Below are positions 1-10,765 of a DNA stretch of 64,000 nt, one piece after another (positions within the stretch are counted from its first letter, which is position 1; each line of letters opens with the position of its first letter). Below the pieces are notes generated by a model. It was not told the origin of the DNA. It searched no databases and was given only the letters and a program-made list of their open reading frames with translations. The DNA is from Ginglymostoma cirratum (taxonomy: Eukaryota). The DNA lies in contig JAHRHZ010000115.1 of the NCBI GenBank assembly GCA_024137785.1, forward strand, positions 251,111 through 315,110. Reading direction: 5' to 3'. The position numbers and the translations under genes were made by a program.

Positions 1-532
1 TCTTGATTTTAAAAGAAAATATGGAATAATTTGAATTCTACTCCAATTCTAACCTCTTCTGCATCACCAACTACCATATTCCCAGCATTTGTGGCTAAAT
101 GAAGAGTTACTTTATGCGTATTAGCGGCTGAAATGCACTAATGGTGAAGCAAGGGGAAAGGTCTTGGAGATACGGCATTCTATGTTAAAACTTGTACAGC
201 ATCTTTGAAGTAACTATTCAATTAGTGCAACTGACGTCAGTAACTCGGCCACAGTTCTGCCATTTTTCTTCTTTACGTTTCCGTGTAGTTTACCTTTGAA
301 CGTTGTTAGTCAATATATTTTAACTAGCAGCTGGGGGACAACATTCAACATCTTGGCGACTCAATACTGAAATAAATATCTTCATCTGGTGTCTTCTCAT
401 TTTGCTAATTATTTATAATTTCTATTGATTCGATAACAACTTTCTTGCTTTGTTCAAAAAGAAAGCTTTTCACTCATCGGTATGATGACATCGACTTAAG
501 GTTTTAATCCATTCTATATTTGCACGAAACGT

Positions 533-753
533 GAGCAAAAACAGAAGTTGCTGGAAAAGCTCAGCAGGTCTGGTAGCATCTGTGAAGAGAGAATCAGAGT
601 TAACGTTTCGGGTCCGGTGACCCGTTCTGACGAAGCGTCACCGGACCCGAAATGTTAACTTTGATTTTCACTTCCAGATGCTACCAGACCTGCTGAGCTT
701 TTCCATCAACTTCTGTTTTTGATCCTGATTTACAGCATCCGCAGTTCTTTTGG
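533..753. mobile_element. Non-autonomous Penelope-derived palindromic element with minimal hammerhead core
   Basis: Inverted repeat 536-721 (caaaaacagaagttgctgg... / ...caacttctgtttttg). Core CTGACGA-AGCGTCACCGGACCC-GAAA near 628-653. 14-bp TSD tttgcac(g/a)aaacgt at 519-532 and 754-767. Confidence 0.8.
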
Positions 754-1839
754 TTTGCACAAAACGTAACAGATTTTGTTTCGAGATTGTTCATTCAGTC
801 TTAGACCTCGACAACACTGAAATTATTTGTTACCTCTTTAGAACTGAGGAAAGCTTTTATTTTCGTCTCTCAGAGTGGTGAGGGACATTCAAACTTTTAT
901 CATCAGCGAATACTTTTAACATCAAGGTAGATTGTTTCTTCTTAGGGAAGGGACTCAAAGATTATTCAGATTAGATGAACATACGGAATTCCAACCAAAA
1001 ACAGATCGGATAGACTTTTGTTTACGATGCAGTGAAGATAGGGATTTAAATAGCCTGCCTATGCTCCGAATTCTCATATTCACGTTTCTTCAAATTTCTG
1101 CCTGCCGATGTCGCGTATTAGTTTACATTTGAAAAGCACTTGATACTACTTCTTTTGACTTTTGCTTTTTCACAATTCTCGAATCCAGCAGGACACTCAC
1201 TACAAACCTATGGGCTTAAAACTTGCTGACGTAATGCTTAGTAATTTCTCGAAGAACCTTCACTATCTACAGACTGACTGAATAAAGAGAAATTTCGTCG
1301 AAACTGTCGCTCATCAGGACCATTTGCGTGACTGTGCAAGGGAAAATAAAGCACACTGAGTGACAGGCGAGTGCTGATTTCTCAGAAAATGAAGTCTAAT
1401 TGGAATATTAGTTGCCATAGAATACATAATAAATGAAAACTAATTGGCAATCTATGTTACATTTTTAAAGCAGACACTTTGACACTGCTTAAAGTTTTGC
1501 CCTGAAAAATGACCTTCTTTGTCTCTTTTGAAGTCAGTGCTATGTACCATTTATTAGCCATACTTTTTTTTCATGTCTGAGTAAGTCTTTTTCCCTCCGA
1601 ACACTAACTTTAAAAATCTTCCCCAGTCCCAACTGTTGTCTTCTGCCCAAAGCTCTCATGGTTAGATCTCCACAATATTTAGCAGCAAAAGAAACAGGAA
1701 CTGTTTGCACTTTTGGTCTTGCCATCTCAGGACACGTATTACTTCAGCAGTGGGAGAGCAATGAAAGACTTCCTGTCACGGGGTGGTGTTGTTCAATGAA
1801 GACGGAATCAGCAAACTAAGGCTATATTGTGCAGTGTTT

Positions 1840-2215
1840 TGATGAAAGCGAAGTTAGTTGAAACTTACAAAGTACTTACAGGGATAGAATCGGGTAGGCA
1901 CACGTAAGATGTTTACCCTAGTTGGGGAATAGGGGGCACAATTCAAAAAAAGTAAGGCAGAAGCTCCACTTTCGAGATGAGGATTTGGTGTAAACTCAAT
2001 GGGCTGCAACCATCTGGAATTGTCTACCCGGAGTTCTCTGGAAGATCAGCATTTAAGCTTGTTTAAGCGAGAAATCGATCAATTTAAGTTTTCTTGCATC
2101 GTGCAAGTTTATTGGGATGGCATGGTTAGAAGCTATTGAAGCCCTCGATCAGCGGTAATTGTATTGATTGGTGGGGCAGTCTCTACAGGTTGAATGACCT
2201 ACTCGTGTTTCCTTG
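1840..2215 (+). mobile_element. Decayed CR1 (HER1-like) LINE 3' fragment
   Basis: gaaacttacaaagtacttacaggg... and a ggttgaatgacctactc tail resemble CR1 ORF2 end and 3' UTR. Confidence 0.55.
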
Positions 2216-2811
2216 TTCCCATGAAGCAGTCCATCATGCAATCAAAACCGAAACACAATTTTGAAAATCCGTATAATAACTACCATTTGATGCAGCATTA
2301 GAAGAGGTTACTGTTTCTATGTACATTATTGGTTCCAGTCACAGTTTTCAGTTTTGTTAATGTGTTCCAATCCTGATAATCAATATGGGAAGAGCTTTTT
2401 AATGCCTTTTTTAGTAGTCCTTTATTTCTGTCGAACCTTAATTATATCTGTAATCCCACAGGTTTCTGAAGTCCACATAATTATGAGATTGTTTGGAAGC
2501 CCAACTAAAAATTTCAATTATTTCCACCCCAACGCCCCTGAACAGCCTGAGCCACATGCTCTTCAAACACGTGCTTTTATGACTCTAGCCTTTTTCAGCA
2601 TTTGACAGTGTCCAATCTTTGTCTATTTTACCCTGTTCATCTTCGCTATTATTTCCTCGTTTGTTGGTACCACGTCTTTGCCTATTGTATACTATTCAGT
2701 TTATCTACTATTTGTTTGTAGCAGCTTTGACACTCAACTCTCTGTAAGTGAGGACAAGTGAAAACTACTTATTTAGCAACTTAGACAGGTCCTTTTAGTG
2801 AACAATATTAT

Positions 2812-2932
2812 AAAATAAAGCAAAGTACTGCTGATGCTGGAAATCTAAAACAAACAAACAAACAAAAAAGAACGTGCTGGAGAAACTTAGCAAGTTTGGC
2901 AGCATCTGTAGAGAGAAAGCAGAGTTAACCCT
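2812..2932 (-). mobile_element. Penelope terminal-repeat fragment
   Basis: ctgctgatgctggaaatc...ggcagcatctgtagagagaaagcagagttaac, same family as 533-753. Confidence 0.65.
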
Positions 2933-5099
2933 ACGACTCCCTGCTTAAGGGCTCAACAATGTCATGTGCTTTGGCACTTAATCTGTCCCAGTATTCAAAC
3001 AGGTCTCATGTCCTTTCTCATGTCTTTGAAGTTTATCTCAATTGGATATTTTCAGGCTTTTGTGCTTTTGCTTTGCAACGCAGTGATAAAATGCATACAA
3101 CGCTATTGCCTCTGTTCCCCAAATGCTATCCTCATAAATTAGGATTCCATTGTCCCCCACTATTTCACAGAGCTTAGTCCAGCATTGTTTCCTTTGAACT
3201 AATTTCCAATCATAAGGGCTGATAAAAATCACTTGCGCTTAGGTAAAATATTTCGCCTATTCTTTTACTTATGCACTACAATACCCCAGTCTATTTTAAG
3301 CAAAGAAATCCCGACTACCAACAATTTTCTCTACTTGCATCTTCCAGACAATTGAAAACAATTTTCTCATTATAAAATCACAGAAAATAAAATCACAGTT
3401 TTGAAGATTGCTGTTGATTACTGCCAGAACACTCCAGTCAGTGGCAACGTCCAAATATGAATTACTCTTTACCTGAGTAATTGCGTACTAATCTCATCCA
3501 TGAATTATATATTTAAAACGATAAAACAAATTCTGCTGCAGGGTACATTCCTTTATTTTCACGCTACAGTTTATCTCTAATAGTCTGCGAAATCCGTACA
3601 CTTACTGTCCAAATATTCCCGCCTGCAAAGTTTTAATTTAATAGAGTAATCGCCTGGTCTGTTGAACATGCCTCTGGAGTTTTACTTCATAATAATTACG
3701 TCATGAATCTGTGCTGTTTGAATATTAAGTTTAATATATCTTTCCAAAGGTGAGGTGTGTGGTGTACGTATGTCGACTAGAATTTTAATCTTTTCTGAGG
3801 TGGAGTAAGTAAAACTGTCAGGTGTCTTGTAGTTCAAAAATCTGTGCTATTTCCAATGAATTAAATAATATATCTATGTTAAGTAAAATATTCTCCTATA
3901 TCGTGAATCTAAAATTACGACGACAACTAGCAAACACATTTACGTCTTGTTCCCTTATTAGATTCGTATATAAGTGGCATTCCAGGCAAAGAACACACGT
4001 TAGTTGTTCCTTCTTGTTTCAGAGGTTGTTGAGAGAGCATCTGTTGCATGCTGAAGCTTTCCTCGATTTTGGCACTCTTGACATAAGCATCTCTTGTGTT
4101 TGTGAGGTTAGTCAATGTCAATATTTCCACACTGATCCCCACATTTTAGTGATATTAAACGGATTTGTACACTCCCCTAAAACTTTTCAAAACTTATTCC
4201 TGTGCATATTGTGTTGTCAAGCATGATCTGTGCCGTTCATGAATTTTCCTGTTGTATATCACCTGCTACTCGCCACAGTGTTAGATGTACAATGTGTCAG
4301 TTTTCTAGCACTTCTTTTGGTTTGGTTCTTTCTGCTTGGCAATCTGAATAAGAGCGATACTCTTCATTAACCATGACAGTATCGTCTAACCTAGATCATG
4401 CCTGCACCTAATCTTGGTCAATACCAAATCCAATTAGATAGTTCAGACTCTTGGCCTCATTATAACCATCCGTTAGCCATTTAAAATTGAAGGTAACGCT
4501 CTTGTTGTTGTAACCATAAAGGAAATGATACAGGTAGAACATATTTCGACAAAACTTTTCGTAACAAAACATAGAAAGACGTGTCTACTGATTAAGGTAT
4601 CAGCCTTTATTCAACCCCAATTGGTATATTCTATATGTTACTGTGTGATTAACTCTTACCACAGTTTAAGGCGTTTTATAAAATTGCAACGTTTTAATCT
4701 AACAGCAATTGCGAAATACTGAGCAAATACAGTCGGGAAAATAGAAATATCAGGATAAGTACAAAAATAGCCAAATGTAATGTGTAGGGAATGGCTCTGA
4801 ACACATTAGCTGCAGCAGAATAATCAAAGCAAATTGTAAATGTTAGATTTATCCACGCATTTAGGGTTGTAATAAAAGTTATGACTGGTTCTACGCATAT
4901 TTCTGCCCAGTAACTCTGGCACGCAAATTTTTCACAGGTCAGAAGTGTGCTTTCTTTGGACGACATTACACATTTTTTAACCTGCACCTTTGCGTAGCGA
5001 AAATCTTCCAGTTTCGCTTTTGTCATACAAAGCAGCTGATACTATCCACAACTGAATTCCCCAAGAAACATGAGTCACACAAATGCGAGGTAATCACAT

Positions 5100-5802
5100 T
5101 CTCCAATAAGACACGATGTAACCACCGCCGCTTGTCATTCAATGGTGTTGTTATAACTGGATCCTAGGGTTACTATTGACCAGAAACTCAACTGGATTCA
5201 CCATATAAATACAATGGCTAAAATTGTAGACCAGAGAATAGCAATTATGCGGCAAATGAATAACATCCTGACTCGCCAAAACCTGTCCACCATATACAAA
5301 GCACAAGTCATGTGTGTGATAGAATATTCCTTACATGACATGATGAGAGCAGCTGCTCAACAGCAGTCAGGAGGCTTGACACCATCTAGGGCAAAGAAAC
5401 TTGCTTTACTGGCAGTAAATCCACAAACATAAACTCCCTTCACCACCGACGTTCAGTAACAGCAGTGTGTGCTATCTACAAGATACACTGCAGAAATTCA
5501 CCAAAGATCACACGACCACTCAATCTAAAAGGACTAAGACAGCAGATACATGAGAAAACCACCACCTGCAAATTCCCATTCAATCTAACCACTATGTTGA
5601 ATGAGAAAATTATCACTATTACTTCACTGTCTTTGGGATAAAATCCTTGAAATCCCTTCTTAAGGAACATTGTGGGTCAAACTTCAGCACATGGACTGCA
5701 ACAGTTCATGAAGGCAGCTCGCCACTAACTTCGCAAGGGCAATCAGGTTCGGGGAGCCCCTGGCCAGCTAGCGAAGTCCACATTCCATGAATGATTAAAA
5801 AG
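5100..5802 (+). mobile_element. 3' fragment of the ORF1-less LINE family seen at 19950-23130
   Basis: attgaccagaaactcaactgg, LSTIYKAQV..IEYS motif in ORF 5214-5432, and aagggcaa tail. Confidence 0.8.
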
Positions 5803-6544
5803 AAGTATTATTTCATGACCATAATTTCCACAATGCGTAAGCAGTGATTTATGAACCAGTGTGTTTCTTATAAGGCAGAACAGTATTTGGTACTTGGTCG
5901 TAATCTCGTGATTGCTAATTGCACCTCGGTACCTCGCATTTAAAATCAGTTCCCTTGCCTTCGGCTTGCTCTGTCTTGCGTTCCCTTCGCTCCAAGTGCC
6001 ACCTTTAATTAGGTTTAACTACAATACAAATGCAAATCACTGTTGCTTACTGGATTGCATGGTTTGTCGAATGAATATTACTGAAATGTTATTGCTCAAG
6101 TTGAGAATTATAACAGCTGTAAATCAATAATGTTACTTTGAAAAGAAAAGTGCACGGAGAAATGTAAGACTTTCAGTGAAAGCAAATACGAAGAAAATAT
6201 CTGCATTTTTTGTACATGAGAAATAAAAGCTATGTGCTTTCACTTGCATCAGGTGCAGAAAAACACTATGCATTAGACATGGTTTAAGATTCTGTCTTCC
6301 GAATATAGGTCTGCAACAATCCGATGGGATTTTGCATGGTGCCAACACTATATATTTCAACTGAATGGAAACACATGGTTGAAGGTCATCGTTCCAATCC
6401 AGCTAAAATACAAACAGTGAGACAGAGCAAATCGTAATCAACGATATATTACTCCGCTGATTACGATTTAATGAAACTACTCTCCTACGTCATGAGTGGA
6501 CTTTACACAATTTAGCAATAACATAACTCAATAGATAACAAGCT

Positions 6545-7040
6545 ATTCTGAGGCCCGAATTGCATGCAGTTCTGGTCGCTGCACTATGGGGATGATATGG
6601 AAGCTTTAGAGGAGTTGGGAGAAATTTATCAGGAAACCATGTTGCACAATACTGGATTGTTCTCGCGAGAGTCGTGGAGTCTGAGGGTCTATTTAATCGA
6701 CCTATATAAAAATATGAGAGGATATAAGTGGATAGTCGGAGTTTTTTCCCACAGGATAGAAATGTATATTGTTAGGATTAAGGTGAGACGGGCACAGTCT
6801 GAACGAAATGTGCAAGGCGTTTTTTTTTAGGCAGAGATTGATAGGTGCTTTGGTTGCACTGTCAAGGGAAGTGGTAAAAGTAGACATGGTGGAACGTTCA
6901 AGATGTATTTGGACAGACACGTGAACAGGCAGGGAATGGACGGGTACCGACTACGTGTAGGCTAATGGGATTGGTTTAAAATGGCATCATAGTTGGCCAT
7001 GAGAGACTGATTTGTTGGTTCTAGTGCTGCCCTACGTTCA
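6545..7040 (+). mobile_element. Decayed CR1 LINE 3' fragment
   Basis: CMQFWSLHY..DMEALE and LRVYLIDLYKNMRG motifs in ORF 6564-6830. Confidence 0.7.
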
Positions 7041-9165
7041 ATTGAGTGCAGAATATTTGTGGAAGATTTCAAGAAGTAAGTGTCTTACAGTGAAAAATGC
7101 TAAAGTAAGCAGAGTTTGAAAGGGCAATGGAATATATCGGAAGTAGATCTATCTTGGATTCGTCTAGCGGCTTGGAAAACAAGGTGACTGAATAAATTGG
7201 AAAATACTGAAAAAAGGAGGTAATTCTGAATTGAGACGACACCTTACAAACGAACATTTAGAAGATGAAACATATGATCCATTTATATTAAATGATAAAA
7301 ATTGAATAATATAATGGTGAAGAGGAAGTAAACCAATTATTGCCTCAAAAAAGGCTATTTTCACAAATATTTCACTCTCAATCTACTTGCAGATCTACTC
7401 TAGAATATTGTCTCTGACTGAAATAGCATTGTCAATAATATTAAAATTCGTTTTAAACATAGGTCATTTACTCTGTATTTCATTGCCAATAGAAATGCAG
7501 CTTAAAACGACCCTCTTCTACTTCTCAGAGTATCACGTTTACTTTTTTTGCAGTAAACTCTTACAGCAATACAGTAACCAAATGAAATTGACAACTTTAC
7601 GACTGCATTGCGGACAGGAGAAAATCACAAAGAATGCTATATCAGTTGGGAATTTTTTGAACTAGAGACCACCAGTTGTAACTAATTTACGAACAATCTA
7701 CAATCTAACCATATACTGAAATCAACAATCGTTTCTCTTTGTTAAGACAATTTGTTTCGCATGGTTCCTTCTTTTCTTTCAACTCCTGACGATTCTATCT
7801 CCGCAATGAATTGCAACAGCGCTATAATTATTCTCGCGCAATTTGCATCACGCTGCTCGCCTTCAATGCAATGGAGTAGAACTTTCTTTCAGCTGATGAA
7901 GGAAAATAAACAGTGCCTGATCAGCAGAATGTTTCACACAGTATGCGCAGTCGGAGTTGCATACAAAGAGTAGCTGCTTTGATACATCCTGTTCTCCACC
8001 ACAACACGACACGTTTTTACAAATCTCTAATCTTACATTATCAGATCGTGTCTTGAAATAACTTCCTTTTTATATAGAAAATATTATTTTGTTGGAAGCT
8101 CCAGCTAATGGAGAGACCGTTTAGTTTATTCTCGCAGACTGTTTAAAAAGAAAAACCCTTTTCTTTCTCCACTGCTATCCAATGAAATATCAAACGTATC
8201 AGTTATTCCTTGCGATGTCATACAATTGCTTAAATTAGCTGAAAGGCGAGACCAGACGACTGACGTCCATGCAACCTAAATTCAAACAGAACTCTGGCTT
8301 TTCTTTCTTGATTTGCTTTATGTTTTACTGTCTGATTTGTTTTCCAGTGACGTTCATTGAACAGTGGTTACAAACTTTATTAAATTGCAAATGACATCGG
8401 ATCACCATTTGATTCAAAGTCTACGTTTAAAAAAAAACCTAGCTATAGTGCTCATGAAAATGAAGGGTTCAGGTGGTGGGGATTAGGGGGATTGACTCTT
8501 TGGAAAAAGGTTGTAGATTCTCATTGTTTCCAGCTACTGGTGTAAAAATTTAGGAACAAAATCAGGGCTGTTTGTAATGTCTTTAAGCATTTAACATTGT
8601 TTCGATTTTGAAAGTGGCAGTTTATTAAATTGGAAATGGCACTTCCCTTGTTTTCAGGAAAATAAACCCTGGTCAAGATTTGCATTATTTGTTGGAATCA
8701 TAATTACAGTGTGTTAGTGAGACATGGCTCTATTAAGTGGTGACCATAAAACGTTCGTTTCCATTTTCAGTGTTAAACTATTAAGTCCTGAAAAATGGGA
8801 TTCGAATAGTCAGATGGTTGTTTTTCGATTTATATCGACACGAAGGGGCAAAAGGGCCTTTTTCGGTGCCGTGCATCTCTTTACCTCCATGAGTATTTAC
8901 TAAGATAAGGGAATTTTGTCATCCATTGTAGAAATCTTATCAAAAAATAAAAATAGATTGGCTTTTTCCTGGGACAAAAGCATTTGTTAAAACTTTAAAT
9001 ATGTTCTAATGTTAAAACAAATTTCAAAGAATATTATGGCCATCTGTAAAAATGGCTGCAGGATTTCCAATGGTTTTCCACGTAATCGCAACAAGATTTA
9101 CAGCCCTTCTGAATTTTCATGTTTTTAACGCAACATTAGAAATAATTTAAAATGTGTTGACTTAC

Positions 9166-9215
9166 CAGTGCGCACCGTCAGTACAGTGCCATCTCCGTCA
9201 TAATAGCGATAGCTA
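9166..9215 (-). CDS. IgNAR: IgNAR-type J segment (SYRYYDGDGTVLTVRT, phase-1 donor)
   Basis: Minus strand T AGC TAT CGC TAT TAT GAC GGA GAT GGC ACT GTA CTG ACG GTG CGC ACT G|gtaagt. The GxGTVLTV FR4 motif lacks the W/F of conventional J, as in VNAR J segments. Confidence 0.93.
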
Positions 9216-9254
9216 CACAGTCTCTCATTTCCTCATCAGCCCTGTTCGAAAGGA
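9216..9254 (+). other. J recombination signal sequence (23-bp spacer, degenerate nonamer)
   Basis: Heptamer CACAGTC 9216-9222 abuts the J coding end. 23 nt later is TCGAAAGGA (9246-9254), a poor match to ACAAAAACC. Confidence 0.6.
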
Positions 9255-9566
9255 TTAATCAGTCGCAAGTCCGGCAATACATATCTTAGAGTTGCACCGA
9301 TCAAAAAAGATATTTTAAATACTTTGAAATCAGAAATAAATCATAATTTTCTCAGTTTTCGTCCATCCACGTAGTTAAGCTGTGCGATGCAAGCTCCTAG
9401 CAGCCAGATAAAGAAAGTCCAATGATCGAAAATTTAGGAAATTGGAAAATGCTACGATGAAAGCCGACCTGGAAATCATTGCATATTCCATACAACAGCA
9501 TCCGTGATTAAGGGAACACAATTCCGAGCCACATTTGCAAGTTGTATTACTATTTACTACCGGAGA

Positions 9567-9640
9567 GCTTTATGTTGGGTTATGAGTCACTGTGTCTACG
9601 CAGTTACATCTACACACCATGCCACCCCAGTACAAGAAAT
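9567..9640 (-). other. IgNAR: D2 segment (9595-9612, TAGATGTAACTGCGTAGA) flanked by 12/12 RSSs
   Basis: J-facing RSS CACAGTG-12-ACATAAAGC (9567-9594, minus). V-facing RSS CACACCA-12-ACAAGAAAT (9613-9640, plus). Confidence 0.82.
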
Positions 9641-9958
9641 ATTTTGTTGAAAACATCACATGCCATTAGTCATATACTTCAACATATTAATTGGAAAATG
9701 CGCAGAATAGCGGATAAAATCTTTTCTTTGAAATTGAAATCGCCAAATCTGTGTTCTAATTACCAGCCTCGCATGTAAAACCTGGGAAGAAAACTATTAA
9801 CTTCTCATTATGAGTACTAGTTGAGGGCTTGCAAAATAACAACTTGCCTGAAAAAAAGGTTTGTTTCTGACAGAAAATGTTTTTTAAAAAGTAACTGTGG
9901 GGATTCTTGACCATTTGGAGTTGGATTAAAACCAGCCTCACGTGGAAAATTGAGGAAT

Positions 9959-10033
9959 AGTTTTTGTATTGTGCAATTCCAAGATTCATCACTGTGAGTA
10001 CACCACACAGCAAGAGACATCAGTTCACAAAGC
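9959..10033 (-). other. IgNAR: D1 segment (9997-10005, TGGTGTACT) flanked by 12/22 RSSs
   Basis: J-facing RSS CACAGTG-22-ACAAAAACT (9959-9996, minus). V-facing RSS CACAGCA-12-TCACAAAGC (10006-10033, plus). Confidence 0.92.
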
Positions 10034-10232
10034 AGTTCACAGTTCACCAAAGTGGATAAAGGCACATATTTCAGATTGAAATCCTAACTGCAGTTCTGAT
10101 TCCCAATGCACGCGCATTTTTCGCATATGTTTACAATGAAAAGTTACCTCTCCTAAAATATTAATTACCTTTGCTTCATGCTTCAGGAACAGGGGAATAT
10201 TGGTCTTACTCCACTGCCGAAAGTGCACTGGT

Positions 10233-10271
10233 GGTTTGTGTACGACAAGATGTGACATCGCGATTGCTGTG
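10233..10271 (-). other. V recombination signal sequence, 23-bp spacer
   Basis: CACAGCA-atcgcgatgtcacatcttgtcgt(23)-ACACAAACC immediately after the V coding end. Confidence 0.93.
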
Positions 10272-10543
10272 GCATGCATAAATTCCAGCTTTGCAGTAAT
10301 ACGTGACACTGTCTTCAACTGTCAGGTCATTTATTGTCAGAGAAAACGAGTTCGCTTCCTTGTTAACTGATTCAACATATCGTCCGCCAATAGTTATGCG
10401 TTCCCAATTTACGTTTCCATGACTTTTCCGGAACCACGATGTACTATCCAAGGTACCAGTTAGCACACACTGGATGGTCAGCGATTCGCCTACCTTTTTG
10501 TTTACGGCTTCAGGTGTTTGCTTCACTCTTAAACTGAAGATAT
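10272..10543 (-). CDS. IgNAR: IgNAR variable (VNAR) exon, open frame: (N)IFSLRVKQTPEAVNKKVGESLTIQCVLTGTLDSTSWFRKSHGNVNWERITIGGRYVESVNKEANSFSLTINDLTVEDSVTYYCKAGIYAC
   Basis: Acceptor ttcttcacacag at 10544-10555. Canonical Cys, Trp and DSxTYYC are present. CDR2 is deleted, and GGRYVESVNK..SFSLTI.DL.VEDS is the VNAR signature. Followed by a 23-RSS. Confidence 0.95.
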
Positions 10544-10682
10544 CTGTGTGAAGAAAAAGAAAATAGTTTTAACACCGTAAGTACCTGATTGCAAACATAA
10601 GAAATTAAAATTAAGCAATTTTGACAAAGTAGGCGCTTCCTCACAATGGTATTCAATTAACATTTCAACAAACAACACTTAC

Positions 10683-10725
10683 TTGATAAACAGGCTAAAA
10701 TTACTGCGAACCACAAAAAAATCAT
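10683..10725 (-). CDS. IgNAR: IgNAR leader (signal peptide) exon MIFLWFAVILACLS
   Basis: ATG at 10725, 14 hydrophobic codons plus 1 nt, donor gtaagt. The 139-bp phase-1 intron splices in frame to the V exon. Confidence 0.92.
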
Positions 10726-10765
10726 TGTTGCTTCACCGGCATAGAAATGTCAAGCCGAGTAACCG

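Noticed and set aside
4274-4312. CACAGTG heptamer downstream of J
   Set aside because: No nonamer at the correct spacing.
4694-5026. 110-aa minus-strand ORF with Cys/Trp and a hydrophobic tail as an Ig constant or TM exon
   Set aside because: It lacks C1-set spacing and the antigen-receptor TM motif, and I found no convincing splice sites.
10206-10271. ORF-track extension HSNRDVTSCRTQTTSALSAVE and start at 10526
   Set aside because: The extension is read-through into the RSS. The true start is in the leader exon at 10725.
9166-10543. NAR-TCR (TCR-delta-linked) interpretation
   Set aside because: J has no 12-spacer nonamer, the last D is 12/12, and no supporting V-delta follows. The layout is IgH-type, though the partner C exon is not visible.
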